DNA of 64,000 nucleotides from an uncultured Pseudomonadales bacterium (GTDB lineage Bacteria; Patescibacteriota; Microgenomatia; UBA1400; UBA1396). Below the pieces are notes generated by a model that was given only the letters and a program-made list of their open reading frames with translations, had not been told where the DNA came from and searched no databases. The number at the start of each line of letters is the position of its first letter. Positions within the stretch are counted from its first letter, which is position 1. A program made the translations under genes and the position numbers. Shown one piece after another: positions 29,545 to 38,750 of the stretch. The stretch is from assembly GCA_964511175.1 (NCBI GenBank), contig CAZEEI010000002.1, positions 132,382 through 196,381 on the forward strand, given 5' to 3'.

Positions 29545-30500
29545 GTGAAAGATTGCCACAACATTGTTTTTTATTATATGGTTATGGTTCCGAATATGTG
29601 CTTCATCCATTGTTTGAGTATATTGTTGACCATCCAGAGCTTGGCGAAGTTATAGAGATTGATGCTCTTCAAGAAAAAGAGTACCTTAGCAAAATAGAAT
29701 TGTTAAAAGGAAAAAAATCGATTATTTTTATTACCTCTGCTCATTTTCTTGAAGATCAACATCTTTTTAATTTTTTAACCAGTTCTCAAGATAGTAAGAT
29801 TATTTCACCTTTAGAAATAATGTCATTCTTACGATCCCAAAAAAATATTTTTGTTGCCCATGATCTGACTATGCCCATATTAACAGAGGAAGAAAATTAT
29901 TTGATGCTTTTTGATTATATTGTCATACCGTACCCACATCAAAAATCAGTAGCTGGTAATCCAGTTTTTATATCAGATGTTGGTTGGATTAAATATGCAG
30001 CCAATTTAAAGTCAACAACTAAGGAAAAAGGAACAATTTTCTTTTTATCTGATTTTCAAATGTATAGAAATTATGGGTTTGAAAGCATGTATAAAAGATT
30101 TAAATTTCTTTTTGATCATGGGATACCAATCAAACTTCCGGTATATATTGATACAAGAATTTTTGAACAAAAATTGCGTGACAGGGGTGTTAAGGTTATT
30201 CCGGCGATTAAAGACTCTGTAAAAGAAATAATTAAACACAAACACATTATTGTTAACGGCATGTCTTCCGTAATTACCGAGGCGGCACTTTTAGGTAAAC
30301 AAGTAACGGTGATTCAGGAGGAATTTTATCCACCCTATTTATATCAAGAGTTATTTGATCGCTTTCCCAATTTACATAAAGTAAGAGAAAGTCACGAGAT
30401 AAAGTTATCTGCTACTAACCCAACTGGAACCAATACGGTGTTGGTACCTTTCCAGCCAAAGAAATTTATCAGTAAAATCCTTGATTTAGAAAAAGAATAA
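29541..30500 (+). CDS. putative CDP-alcohol/polyol-phosphate transferase (TagB/TagF-like GT-B)
   Basis: The C-terminal block IIVNGMSSVITEAALLGKQVTVI resembles the TagF DYSSV...KP motif. The gene context fits (cytidylyltransferase, HAD, ABC exporter). Confidence 0.45.
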   Translation: MSERLPQHCFLLYGYGSEYVLHPLFEYIVDHPELGEVIEIDALQEKEYLSKIELLKGKKSIIFITSAHFLEDQHLFNFLTSSQDSKIISPLEIMSFLRSQKNIFVAHDLTMPILTEEENYLMLFDYIVIPYPHQKSVAGNPVFISDVGWIKYAANLKSTTKEKGTIFFLSDFQMYRNYGFESMYKRFKFLFDHGIPIKLPVYIDTRIFEQKLRDRGVKVIPAIKDSVKEIIKHKHIIVNGMSSVITEAALLGKQVTVIQEEFYPPYLYQELFDRFPNLHKVRESHEIKLSATNPTGTNTVLVPFQPKKFISKILDLEKE

Positions 30501-30501
30501 G

Positions 30502-31092
30502 ATGAAATATCTTTTTGATCTCGATGGTACGGTAACTAATCAAGAAATTTTACCCTTGATAGCCCGTGATCTTGGTTTGGAAAATGAAATGGCGGAGTTG
30601 ACGAGAAAAACTATGCAAGGTGAAATACCTTTTGAACATAGTTTTCGTATACGTGTAGAAATGTTGGCGCGTGTTCCTATAAATAGAGTACAAGAAATTG
30701 TATCGAGGGTATCTATTAGTAAGCCAATTCTAAATTTTTTGACCAACCATGTTGAGACAAGCGCCATTGTTACCGGCAATCTTGACATTTGGATTCAGCC
30801 ACTAAGGGAAAAAATTCCAGTTTGTTTTTATACTTCCAAAGCCAAATATGAGGGTAATACTTTGCTGGGTATCAAATCAATTCTCAACAAAGGTCTCATT
30901 GGCAAGCAGTATGATTTAGAAGAAGTGGTTGTTGCTGTGGGAGACGGCAACAATGATTTGGAAATGTTGGAGAATGCCGCTATTGCGATAGCCTATGGAG
31001 GTGTACATACGCCAGCGGAAGCACTTTTATCGATAGCAGATTATGCTATTTATCAGGATGAAAAATTATGTCAATTTCTAACACAGTTGTAA
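30502..31092 (+). CDS. HAD-superfamily phosphatase (HAD-IB / SerB-like)
   Basis: Motif I DLDGTVT, a Thr/Ser motif II, and motif IV GDGNNDLEM. Confidence 0.75.
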   Translation: MKYLFDLDGTVTNQEILPLIARDLGLENEMAELTRKTMQGEIPFEHSFRIRVEMLARVPINRVQEIVSRVSISKPILNFLTNHVETSAIVTGNLDIWIQPLREKIPVCFYTSKAKYEGNTLLGIKSILNKGLIGKQYDLEEVVVAVGDGNNDLEMLENAAIAIAYGGVHTPAEALLSIADYAIYQDEKLCQFLTQL

Positions 31093-31730
31093 TAAATACG
31101 GCCGGCGTGGGAAGTCGTTTAGGATTTGGCTATCCCAAATCCCTGTTGGAGATAGGTGGAAAACCCCTAATTGTTCACCATTTAAATAATTTAATGGATT
31201 GTGATGATGTTAGGATAGTGGTTGGTTTTCAAGCTCAAAAGATAATCGACATTGTTTTACCAATCAGGCCAGACGCTATTTTTGTTTTTAATCACCAATA
31301 TCAGGAAACAAATACCCTACATAGTTTAGCGTTGGGTTCTAAATTTGCCTCCCAATATGTTATTTCATTGGATGGGGACTTATTAATTAGGCCCAAGGAT
31401 ATTAGAAAAGTTATTCAATATCCCGGTGAGGTGGTTTGTTATACACCAAGCCACACCCAAGAGCCTGTTTTTGCTAAAATTGAAAAAAAGAAAAATCAGG
31501 ATATGATAACTGCCTTTACCCGTCGCAAGGTTTTACCCAATGAGTGGACCGGCGTGGTTAAAATTCATTCTAAGAAGTTGGGACAGAATTACGGTAAGGA
31601 GCATGTTTATCAAGCTTTGAAAAAATATTTACCAATAAACGCGTTCCCCATTTCTTGTGTTGAAATTGATACACCGCAAGATTATGAGAATGCGTTACGT
31701 TGGGCAGCAGAAAAATTGGGGGTAGTATGA
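31068..31730 (+). CDS. sugar/alcohol-phosphate nucleotidyl(cytidylyl)transferase (LicC/IspD-like)
   Basis: N-terminal NTP-transferase signature VINTAGVGSRLG...PKSLLEIGGKPLI. Confidence 0.75.
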   Translation: MSISNTVVINTAGVGSRLGFGYPKSLLEIGGKPLIVHHLNNLMDCDDVRIVVGFQAQKIIDIVLPIRPDAIFVFNHQYQETNTLHSLALGSKFASQYVISLDGDLLIRPKDIRKVIQYPGEVVCYTPSHTQEPVFAKIEKKKNQDMITAFTRRKVLPNEWTGVVKIHSKKLGQNYGKEHVYQALKKYLPINAFPISCVEIDTPQDYENALRWAAEKLGVV

Positions 31731-32368
31731 CAACATTCTCACGTGACGATATAGATAAATTTTGGCGAAAACAAACAACAGTCAAAGATCCGCGTGTAGC
31801 GACTCATTTTAAAAAAGACGATGCCCATCTTTTTGATATCACTTTGGTTAGAAACTATATCAAACCAAATTCGCGCGTTCTAGATTTGGGTTGTGGCACT
31901 TGTGTTATTGCTAATGAAATTTCGGCAGAAGTTGCAAAAATAGTTGCGGTGGATAAATATAATGAATTTTTGTCCTATTGTCGAACCAGTAATAAAATAG
32001 TACCAATAGAAGCGGATTTGCTTAGTTACGATCCGGGGAAAAACAATTTTGATCTAATTTTATTTTTTGGCATAATGAATTATTTTAGTGATCAAGATGT
32101 AAAGGGTATGTATGCACGGGCTTCTCAAGCTTTAAAAAAGGATGGTGTTTTAATAGTGAAGCATGCTAGCGGTATTAATGGTGACGTAGAAGTTGATAAG
32201 TATTCTAAACAGATAGGGGATGTTTACCGCGCCATATACAGAGGAATTGACCACGACAAATCGCTTTTGCAACAGTTCTTTTCTCAAATTACTATTGAGG
32301 ATATTTACCCACCAAGATTGAATCGATGGGATAACACTCATTACTACGCGTATATTTGCAAAAAATAA
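31727..32368 (+). CDS. class I SAM-dependent methyltransferase
   Basis: Motif I VLDLGCGTCVIA. ATGA overlap with the upstream gene. Confidence 0.75.
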   Translation: MTTFSRDDIDKFWRKQTTVKDPRVATHFKKDDAHLFDITLVRNYIKPNSRVLDLGCGTCVIANEISAEVAKIVAVDKYNEFLSYCRTSNKIVPIEADLLSYDPGKNNFDLILFFGIMNYFSDQDVKGMYARASQALKKDGVLIVKHASGINGDVEVDKYSKQIGDVYRAIYRGIDHDKSLLQQFFSQITIEDIYPPRLNRWDNTHYYAYICKK

Positions 32369-32369
32369 C

Positions 32370-33170
32370 TTAACTATTTTGTCGGTAAACGTTAATTATT
32401 TCTTTAGGCTCACCAAGAGATATTATCTTGCCAGCTTTAATATATACTCCGCGATCACAGAATTCCTCAACAATATTTAAAGCATGCGTTACCAGCACGA
32501 TACTGACGCCTTTTTTTTGAAATGAACGGATTCGCCGTAAACACTTATCTTGGAAACTAATATCTCCCACCGCCAAAATTTCGTCTACGAGGAGAATTTC
32601 CGGATTAGTATGTACGGCAACGGCAAAGGCGAGGCGCAAATACATGCCTGACGAATAATGTTTAATCGGCTGGTCAATAAACTCGTGCAGTTCAGCAAAA
32701 TCAACGATCGAATCAAACTGAGTCTCGATTTCCCGACGCTTTAATCCTAAGATTACGCCATTCAAAAAGACATTCTCCCTACCCGTCAGTTCGGGATGAA
32801 AACCGGCGCCTAGTTCGATCAGGGGGGCAATGCGACCATTTACCGTAATTTTGCCTTCGGTGGGTCGACTGACGCCCGCAATCAACTTAAGCAGGGTGGA
32901 TTTACCGCTGCCGTTGGGTCCAATAACACCAATGGTTTCGCCGCGCTTGACCTCTAAATTCACGTCGCGTAGAGCCCAAAAGGTACTGGCGGTGCTTTTT
33001 CCGGCTATTAGAGCTGGTAAAAACTCCTTAAACGTTTTTTGTTCCTGCTTGTAAAACAATTTACCCACGCCTTGAAGACTGATGGCCGGGGTTGAATTGG
33101 AAGCAGGAGAAGAAAGCTTAAACGACATCCGCAAATACCCCTTCCATTTTTTTGAATAACCAATCGGCAA
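32370..33170 (-). CDS. polysaccharide/teichoic-acid export ABC transporter ATP-binding protein (Wzt/TagH/KpsT type)
   Basis: Walker A GPNGSGKST, LSGGM signature, Walker B LLVDE. Confidence 0.85.
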   Translation of the reverse strand: MPIGYSKKWKGYLRMSFKLSSPASNSTPAISLQGVGKLFYKQEQKTFKEFLPALIAGKSTASTFWALRDVNLEVKRGETIGVIGPNGSGKSTLLKLIAGVSRPTEGKITVNGRIAPLIELGAGFHPELTGRENVFLNGVILGLKRREIETQFDSIVDFAELHEFIDQPIKHYSSGMYLRLAFAVAVHTNPEILLVDEILAVGDISFQDKCLRRIRSFQKKGVSIVLVTHALNIVEEFCDRGVYIKAGKIISLGEPKEIINVYRQNS

Positions 33171-33891
33171 CCAGCCAAAGCAGTAGGGATAAAACCGAAG
33201 CTATGGCTAAACTAGCCAGATTGGGGTTACCGCCAGCCAGTAAAACTTGACGATAAGCATTAATTAAAACGGCCATCGGATTTAGTTGAAAAATCCAGCG
33301 GTATTGGTCGGGGAATAGTTCAACCGGATAAATAACCGGCGTAAGATACATCCAAACAATTAGGCCTAAGTTAAGCAAATACTGAATATCGCGGTAAAAA
33401 AGATTAAAGGCTGCTATTAATAAGCTTAGGCCATACATAAAAATACACTGAATTAGAAAAATCGGCACAAACCATAAAATTGACCAACCAACCGGCAGGC
33501 GGAAAAAGATCATAAACGCCACAAAAACTGTGGAAGCCAGGAAGAAATCCACAATCTTAGCCAAGATAGTGCTAATGACAAACGTTTCGCGCGGAAAATA
33601 GATTTTAGTAATTAAGCCAGCGTTGCCAACCAACACGTTGGCTGAACTCGTTAAGGCGCCGGTGAGCAGTGTCCAGGGCAACATACCGGCGTAAAGGAAA
33701 ATCGGGTAGGGCACGCCCAAATCGGGAATGCGTAAAATCTTGGAGAAGACAAAGGCCATGACCAGCATTTGGAAAAAAGGGTTCAAGATAACCCAGGCGT
33801 AACCAAGTAAAGATTGCTTGTAGCGCTGTTTAATTTCCCGCTTAGTCAACTCGGTTAGTAACTCACGATATTGAAAGAAAGCGGTGAGCAT
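33118..33891 (-). CDS. ABC-2 type polysaccharide export permease (Wzm/TagG type)
   Basis: Six TM helices and an N-terminal ...REIKQRYKQSLLGYAWVILNP... ABC-2 motif. Confidence 0.8.
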   Translation of the reverse strand: MLTAFFQYRELLTELTKREIKQRYKQSLLGYAWVILNPFFQMLVMAFVFSKILRIPDLGVPYPIFLYAGMLPWTLLTGALTSSANVLVGNAGLITKIYFPRETFVISTILAKIVDFFLASTVFVAFMIFFRLPVGWSILWFVPIFLIQCIFMYGLSLLIAAFNLFYRDIQYLLNLGLIVWMYLTPVIYPVELFPDQYRWIFQLNPMAVLINAYRQVLLAGGNPNLASLAIASVLSLLLWLVADWLFKKMEGVFADVV

Positions 33892-33954
33892 GGAGCCATT
33901 GTAGCACCGCCCTGCGATTGTCAGAACAGGCGACGACGGTTATTCTGGTGTAGT

Positions 33955-34743
33955 ATGCCCCACCAAATCGTTGCTTCGGTAGTAGTGCCCAATGTGAAGT
34001 TGGCATTACTAACCAAATTTTTGTTGCACCACGCTGCTGCTTGGGATTGGTCTCGGCACGAACTGATTATCGTCACCTCACCAGAGAACGCCGCGCAATT
34101 GAAAAATGTTTATCCAAAAGCTAAATGGTTAACTGTCAAGCAGAATCGTGGTTTTGCTCAAACCGTTAATGCCGGCTGGCGGCTTGCCAAGGGCGAATGG
34201 CTGGGTACCGTTAATGATGACACCGAGCTACCGCCGGGGTGGATTCAGAGGTTAATCGTCAGGGCTAAACCTGATACCGGTTCACTTAGTCCGGTGATAA
34301 TCGATCCCAGTGGTAAGGTTGAGTCCGCCGGTGTTAATTACTTACCCATCGGTCGAGCTATACCGGTGCTGGCAATACCGCCTCAACTGGATACCACTGA
34401 TACTTGCAATGCCGCCGCTATTCTTTTCCGCAAGCAGGCGCTGGATCAGGTGGGCTGGTTTGATGGGCACTTTGGTTCCTATTTGGAGGATGTTGATTTG
34501 GGTTTACGGCTAAAACGGGCCAGTTGGCAGAATTTGGTGGTACCGACAGTGCGGGTTGTCCACTATGGCCAGCAAACTTCGGGCGACCACCCGGTATATA
34601 AAGCTTGGCTGGATGTAAAAAATTGGTGGTTGGTAGTATTAAAAAATACTACGCCATCAACCTGGCTAAACAGCGGGATTGGTATTTTATTGGAGCGAGG
34701 ACGCAATGTTTCCGGTTTGATTAAAACGCTGAAGTGGCACTAG
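33955..34743 (+). CDS. glycosyltransferase family 2
   Basis: ASVVVPN... and NDDTELPPGW DXD-type region. The start is taken at the ATG at 33955 to avoid overlap with the permease gene. Confidence 0.7.
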   Translation: MPHQIVASVVVPNVKLALLTKFLLHHAAAWDWSRHELIIVTSPENAAQLKNVYPKAKWLTVKQNRGFAQTVNAGWRLAKGEWLGTVNDDTELPPGWIQRLIVRAKPDTGSLSPVIIDPSGKVESAGVNYLPIGRAIPVLAIPPQLDTTDTCNAAAILFRKQALDQVGWFDGHFGSYLEDVDLGLRLKRASWQNLVVPTVRVVHYGQQTSGDHPVYKAWLDVKNWWLVVLKNTTPSTWLNSGIGILLERGRNVSGLIKTLKWH

Positions 34744-35198
34744 CGATGCTGCATTTGTGCTTTTTGCAAATTTCGCACTAAGTGAGGCCAAGCATCTTTA
34801 TCGATAGGATAACTTTCCACCGCAAAGGGAACGTAGTAGGGTGGATTCTCCATGGTTTGTTTTTGGTCAACTAGGTGGGGGGAAATAATTTCAGGTGCAG
34901 CATAGGGTAAAAAGGCCCAAGCTAAACTACCATTTGCTGCCAAAAGATGAGCGTTCGGTTCAGGTTTGTGGCGTTTTAATTTTTGCAGCTCGGCCGCATT
35001 CATTTCTTTTCCAAAACAAACATAAGCAAAAGTACCCTCCAGGTTTGGAACCAAATGGGTGTGGCAATGGTGTTTTAGACAATAAAGAGGCCACTCTTTT
35101 CCAGCATCTGCCTCGGGATCATCATTGACACCAACGATATCAGCTATTTCTAACGGTTGTTCTGATCGATGCCTGGATTTTTTCTTATTTTTTCCCAT
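34740..35198 (-). CDS. hypothetical protein (152 aa), basic N-terminus, Cys/His-rich segment
   Basis: ORF immediately downstream of tRNA-Val; contains YCLKHHCHTH. Confidence 0.5.
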   Translation of the reverse strand: MGKNKKKSRHRSEQPLEIADIVGVNDDPEADAGKEWPLYCLKHHCHTHLVPNLEGTFAYVCFGKEMNAAELQKLKRHKPEPNAHLLAANGSLAWAFLPYAAPEIISPHLVDQKQTMENPPYYVPFAVESYPIDKDAWPHLVRNLQKAQMQHR

Positions 35199-35237
35199 AT
35201 TGGGGGGAGTCTACTATGATATGGCCAGTTGCTCAAG

Positions 35238-35311
35238 TGGCTGATGCAGGACTCGAACCTGCGACCTCACGAATGTGAATCGTGCGCTCTAACCAACTGA
35301 GCTAATCAGCC
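35238..35311 (-). tRNA. tRNA-Val (anticodon CAC)
   Basis: Cloverleaf on the minus strand: acceptor GGCTGAT/ATCAGCC, anticodon stem CACGA/TCGTG, loop TTCACAT, T-loop TTCGAGT. No encoded CCA. Confidence 0.9.
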
Positions 35312-35364
35312 GAGACAACGTATATTGTACTACACCAGAAGAAAATGATACTCTAATTCCAGAT

Positions 35365-37545
35365 ATGTCTACCCCGAGATCACCTGATGTGCCAACTCCT
35401 GAATCCGAGGTAGAGGAAAAATCACGGAAAGAAAATTTGGTTGACACACCCTTAAAGTTGTTGCGTGTACTTTATCGGTTATTAGAATCAGAGCATCCCT
35501 CCCAAGACATAAGCGGCGAGGCTTTAGAAGGAACACGTCATGTGGGGAGAGATAAAGTTTCGGTTTGGACTTTGGCGTTTTCTAATAAAGCCAATGATTT
35601 TTTTTCTAAACATAATGCTATAGAAGATGTACTATTAGTAAACTTGCAGTGGTTTAATCGTATTTTCCGTCCGCAAAGAAAAAATATTTTTGGCGAGGCC
35701 GATCCTGGTTTTGCTTCCCGCGTATTCAGGTCGCACATGAATTCCGGTTTTTTCACACACTCGGAGATTGCCACCTATTTACAGCGAGCGGGAGAAGAAG
35801 AAAAGCGCGGTTTATTGGATTCGGCCTATTTTATTGATCCCGATGAACTTTCTCTTGGAAAACCACCTAATGCTGACCCAGAATTGATTAGCAATAGAGG
35901 CTGTTTTAATTTTCAGGAGCACCTACCATCAATACCTGACTTATCTTTACCAAATTTAGTAGAACGAGTAATTACCGAAAATTTGTTAAAACAATGTTTA
36001 ATTATTTTGGAAAAAACACGTGGTATTAGGCAATCCGATGGAACAATCAAGTGGGATGGGGTGGGGCCACTACCACTGCCCATAGGTGAAGTCAAAATTG
36101 CCGTACGTATAGGCAATGTGGAACATCCGTTAACAATTAACATTGATGGAAAACAATTACGATCCGTATTGGATCATATTTTGCAAAATGATGACCTAAC
36201 AATATATCAGGATGATCTTTTGTTTGTACGCAAACATATATTAGCTCAAGTATCGCAATTATTAATATCGGGTAAAACAAAAGGGTCACGGGTTATTACT
36301 CCCAACGAAGTAAAGCAGGCTTATAGCCGGGATGCCTACAAGGATATAGAACAAAAACCCGTTAATGCTTTTTCGATCAATATATTGCCAGAAAAAATTA
36401 TGGAAGGAGGGGCGACGGTTAGACCAGCCACTAGTTTAACCAATAGCTGGCAGAATTGGTCAACTACCGATTTATATATTAATCAAGGTGGGCAACTCAT
36501 CGCTCGTGGGCAAAATTTTGCGCATCCCATGATTGATGGGCGAGAAGCGGAGATATTTTTTACTAATGCCGACCCCGGATTGGCTCTTATTCAAAAACAT
36601 CTTAATGAATCAGATAAACAGGTCAATGCTGTGGCCAATCCAGCGGTAACAATTCGGGAAGTAACTAATTTTGCCGAATCGGAGACGCTCCGAAATTTGC
36701 AGGAAAATGTGCCGGATATATTTGCGGAAACAGTTATTCCCAGTGAAATAGTGACTGAATTACGCAGGAGACATAAAGAATTAATTAATCATTTATTAAG
36801 TAACCCCGCTCTCCTACGCGATAAAATAATGCCATTTGTGTGGCAGAGACAATATCTGCGTACGCTCCTACTAAAACCAGAAGAAAATAGAGAGAAAATA
36901 AGCTCTGAGATACGGCAAATCTTTTCCTTTAATACCTTTCTGAGCTTAACGCTGGCAAGCTTACTGAATCTTCAGGGGGAATTACTAGTCTTAAACGCTT
37001 ATGGGAGAGTAAACCCGGCTTTAATGGGCATTCCCAGAGTGTTGGAAGAATATTTAAGACGAGGGGGAGAACTCTCTGAACAAGAGCTTGGTGAGGTTGC
37101 CATTAGTATATTGATGAGCGCATCAATAGTACGAGAAGAAAAAAAGTTGGCTCAAGACAAAATGTATCCTGGCACAACCGCTTTCCGTCTCTCCACCGTG
37201 TCGGGTCCAAACGAGAAACTGCTCGATTTTCTATCGAGTATAGTGATTCCTTGGAAACAACAGGCGTTACAAGAAAATAAGGCACAAATATCTTTTCTTT
37301 CAGGGGTCAAGGATCTTATTTTCCAGGGCGCTTTAGCCAAGCGCTACCCGGCTACGGCTGCTGTCCACGAATATAAAGGGCCTAACGGAAGCAGTTTCCG
37401 CGTAAACGTTAGGTCGCGCCGAGAAGATCAAGTCCGCACACCTCTACCCTCACTTTCTGCGGAAAAAATCCAAGCCCGCTGCGAAGCCCTTTTTGCAATT
37501 TTAGAAAATTACTTTAATACTTCCAGCAATTCCGCCACTTCTTGA
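35365..37545 (+). CDS. large hypothetical protein (726 aa), no signal peptide, acidic N-terminus
   Basis: Long uninterrupted ORF with no motifs I recognise; adjacent to tRNA-Val. Confidence 0.6.
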   Translation: MSTPRSPDVPTPESEVEEKSRKENLVDTPLKLLRVLYRLLESEHPSQDISGEALEGTRHVGRDKVSVWTLAFSNKANDFFSKHNAIEDVLLVNLQWFNRIFRPQRKNIFGEADPGFASRVFRSHMNSGFFTHSEIATYLQRAGEEEKRGLLDSAYFIDPDELSLGKPPNADPELISNRGCFNFQEHLPSIPDLSLPNLVERVITENLLKQCLIILEKTRGIRQSDGTIKWDGVGPLPLPIGEVKIAVRIGNVEHPLTINIDGKQLRSVLDHILQNDDLTIYQDDLLFVRKHILAQVSQLLISGKTKGSRVITPNEVKQAYSRDAYKDIEQKPVNAFSINILPEKIMEGGATVRPATSLTNSWQNWSTTDLYINQGGQLIARGQNFAHPMIDGREAEIFFTNADPGLALIQKHLNESDKQVNAVANPAVTIREVTNFAESETLRNLQENVPDIFAETVIPSEIVTELRRRHKELINHLLSNPALLRDKIMPFVWQRQYLRTLLLKPEENREKISSEIRQIFSFNTFLSLTLASLLNLQGELLVLNAYGRVNPALMGIPRVLEEYLRRGGELSEQELGEVAISILMSASIVREEKKLAQDKMYPGTTAFRLSTVSGPNEKLLDFLSSIVIPWKQQALQENKAQISFLSGVKDLIFQGALAKRYPATAAVHEYKGPNGSSFRVNVRSRREDQVRTPLPSLSAEKIQARCEALFAILENYFNTSSNSATS

Positions 37546-38594
37546 GCGCTGTTAGTCTGCACCAAAGCGGTGCGTAAGCTAGACGCGTTGGGAAAACCCT
37601 TGATATACCAGGCTAAGTGTTTGCGCATGGCAAAAAATGAGTCGCCAGGAAAATCTCGCTCGTATTGTTGGGCATGTTCTAGTGCCACATGAGCACGGTC
37701 GGCTAAGGTTGGTTCTTGAGCTAGGGGTTGTCCATCCCGCCAGCGCACTATTTGGTCTAGCGTCCACGGATTACCAAAAGTAGCACGGCCAATCAAAACA
37801 CCGTCGACGTTAGTTTCAGCTACTCTTTGGGCTATATCATCTGGTGTAGATAAATCGCCATTACCCAAAATGAGCGTGCCACTACCTTGTGCCAACTTTA
37901 CCGCTTCACCAATAGCGGACCAATCCGCTCGACCGCCGTAACCCTGTTTGAGAGTACGTCCATGAATCGAGATTGCGGCCGGCTGGATTTCTAACAGATA
38001 GGGCAACCACTGGGCAATGATAGGTTGATCGTAGCCAATTCTAGTTTTAACCGAAACCGGCCGCGGCGTTCGTTGCTGGTAAACAACGGGCAGAGTTTGG
38101 TGACGTTTTTCAATCAGATCGCGCGTTTTTTGTTTTAGTTCCGGAAAGTCACGGAGGGATTTGCCATCCACCCAATCTTGTACACCGGCTTGAGCCGCAC
38201 GGATAATTTCCTGGGCCAGTTTTGGTGTTTGAATCAGGGCTGCGCCAGCTCCATGTTGACTAACATTTTTAGCCGGGCAACCCATGTTGAGATCGATGCC
38301 ATCAAAACCTAAATAACAGAGAATAAAAGCGGTGGTGCGGAAGGCAGCTGGTTCTTTGCCAAAAATTTGCGCCACAATGGGGCGCTGAGTTTCGTCAAAA
38401 ATGAGACCGCGGAAAAGCTTGAGAGCATTGTGGGCTACGCCTTCGGCGGCAATAAATTCGGTAAAAATAACGTCTGGCCGACCATATTTTTTAGTGATGT
38501 AGCGAAATGGTTGATCGGTAATACCATCCATGGGACTTAAACCGATAATTGGTTGTGGTAGATTGTTCCAAAAACCGGGAAAAATCTTCGACAT
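37509..38594 (-). CDS. dusB: tRNA-dihydrouridine synthase
   Basis: DGITDQPFR, NMGCP (catalytic Cys), and FMN-binding TIM-barrel motifs. Confidence 0.85.
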   Translation of the reverse strand: MSKIFPGFWNNLPQPIIGLSPMDGITDQPFRYITKKYGRPDVIFTEFIAAEGVAHNALKLFRGLIFDETQRPIVAQIFGKEPAAFRTTAFILCYLGFDGIDLNMGCPAKNVSQHGAGAALIQTPKLAQEIIRAAQAGVQDWVDGKSLRDFPELKQKTRDLIEKRHQTLPVVYQQRTPRPVSVKTRIGYDQPIIAQWLPYLLEIQPAAISIHGRTLKQGYGGRADWSAIGEAVKLAQGSGTLILGNGDLSTPDDIAQRVAETNVDGVLIGRATFGNPWTLDQIVRWRDGQPLAQEPTLADRAHVALEHAQQYERDFPGDSFFAMRKHLAWYIKGFPNASSLRTALVQTNSAQEVAELLEVLK

Positions 38595-38625
38595 AAAGGG
38601 GAATTATACTAGAGTTACTTAATAA

Positions 38626-38655
38626 TTGACAAATCCGTTAAATTGTTTATATAAT
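38626..38655 (+). promoter_or_regulatory. sigma70-type promoter (TTGACA, 18-nt spacer, TATAAT)
   Basis: Exact consensus -35 at 38626-31 and exact -10 at 38650-55. Confidence 0.55.
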
Positions 38656-38660
38656 CGCGA

Positions 38661-38750
38661 AGTACTCGTGAGGGACCTCCCGAAACCGGATAGGTACTTG
38701 TACCAAAGCTGGAAAAGCGAGTATAGCAGAAAAGCCCTTAGGGCTTTTTT
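38661..38750 (+). ncRNA. candidate small structured RNA (~90 nt), class unknown
   Basis: Bounded by the consensus promoter and an intrinsic terminator. Internal helices: GTACTCG/CGAGTAT closing stem, GGGacctCCC hairpin, GGTActtgTACC hairpin. Confidence 0.4.
38731..38750. terminator. intrinsic (rho-independent) terminator, likely bidirectional
   Basis: aaaGCCCttaGGGCtttttt; the minus strand also has a T-rich tract after the hairpin. It overlaps the stop of the 38738 gene. Confidence 0.6.

Noticed and set aside
38661-38750. Possibility that the sRNA is SRP (4.5S) RNA, 6S RNA, tmRNA or RNase P RNA
   Set aside because: It is too short for 6S, tmRNA or RNase P. It lacks the SRP domain IV GGAA/GNRA-capped helix with its conserved AGCAG/GAAG motifs.
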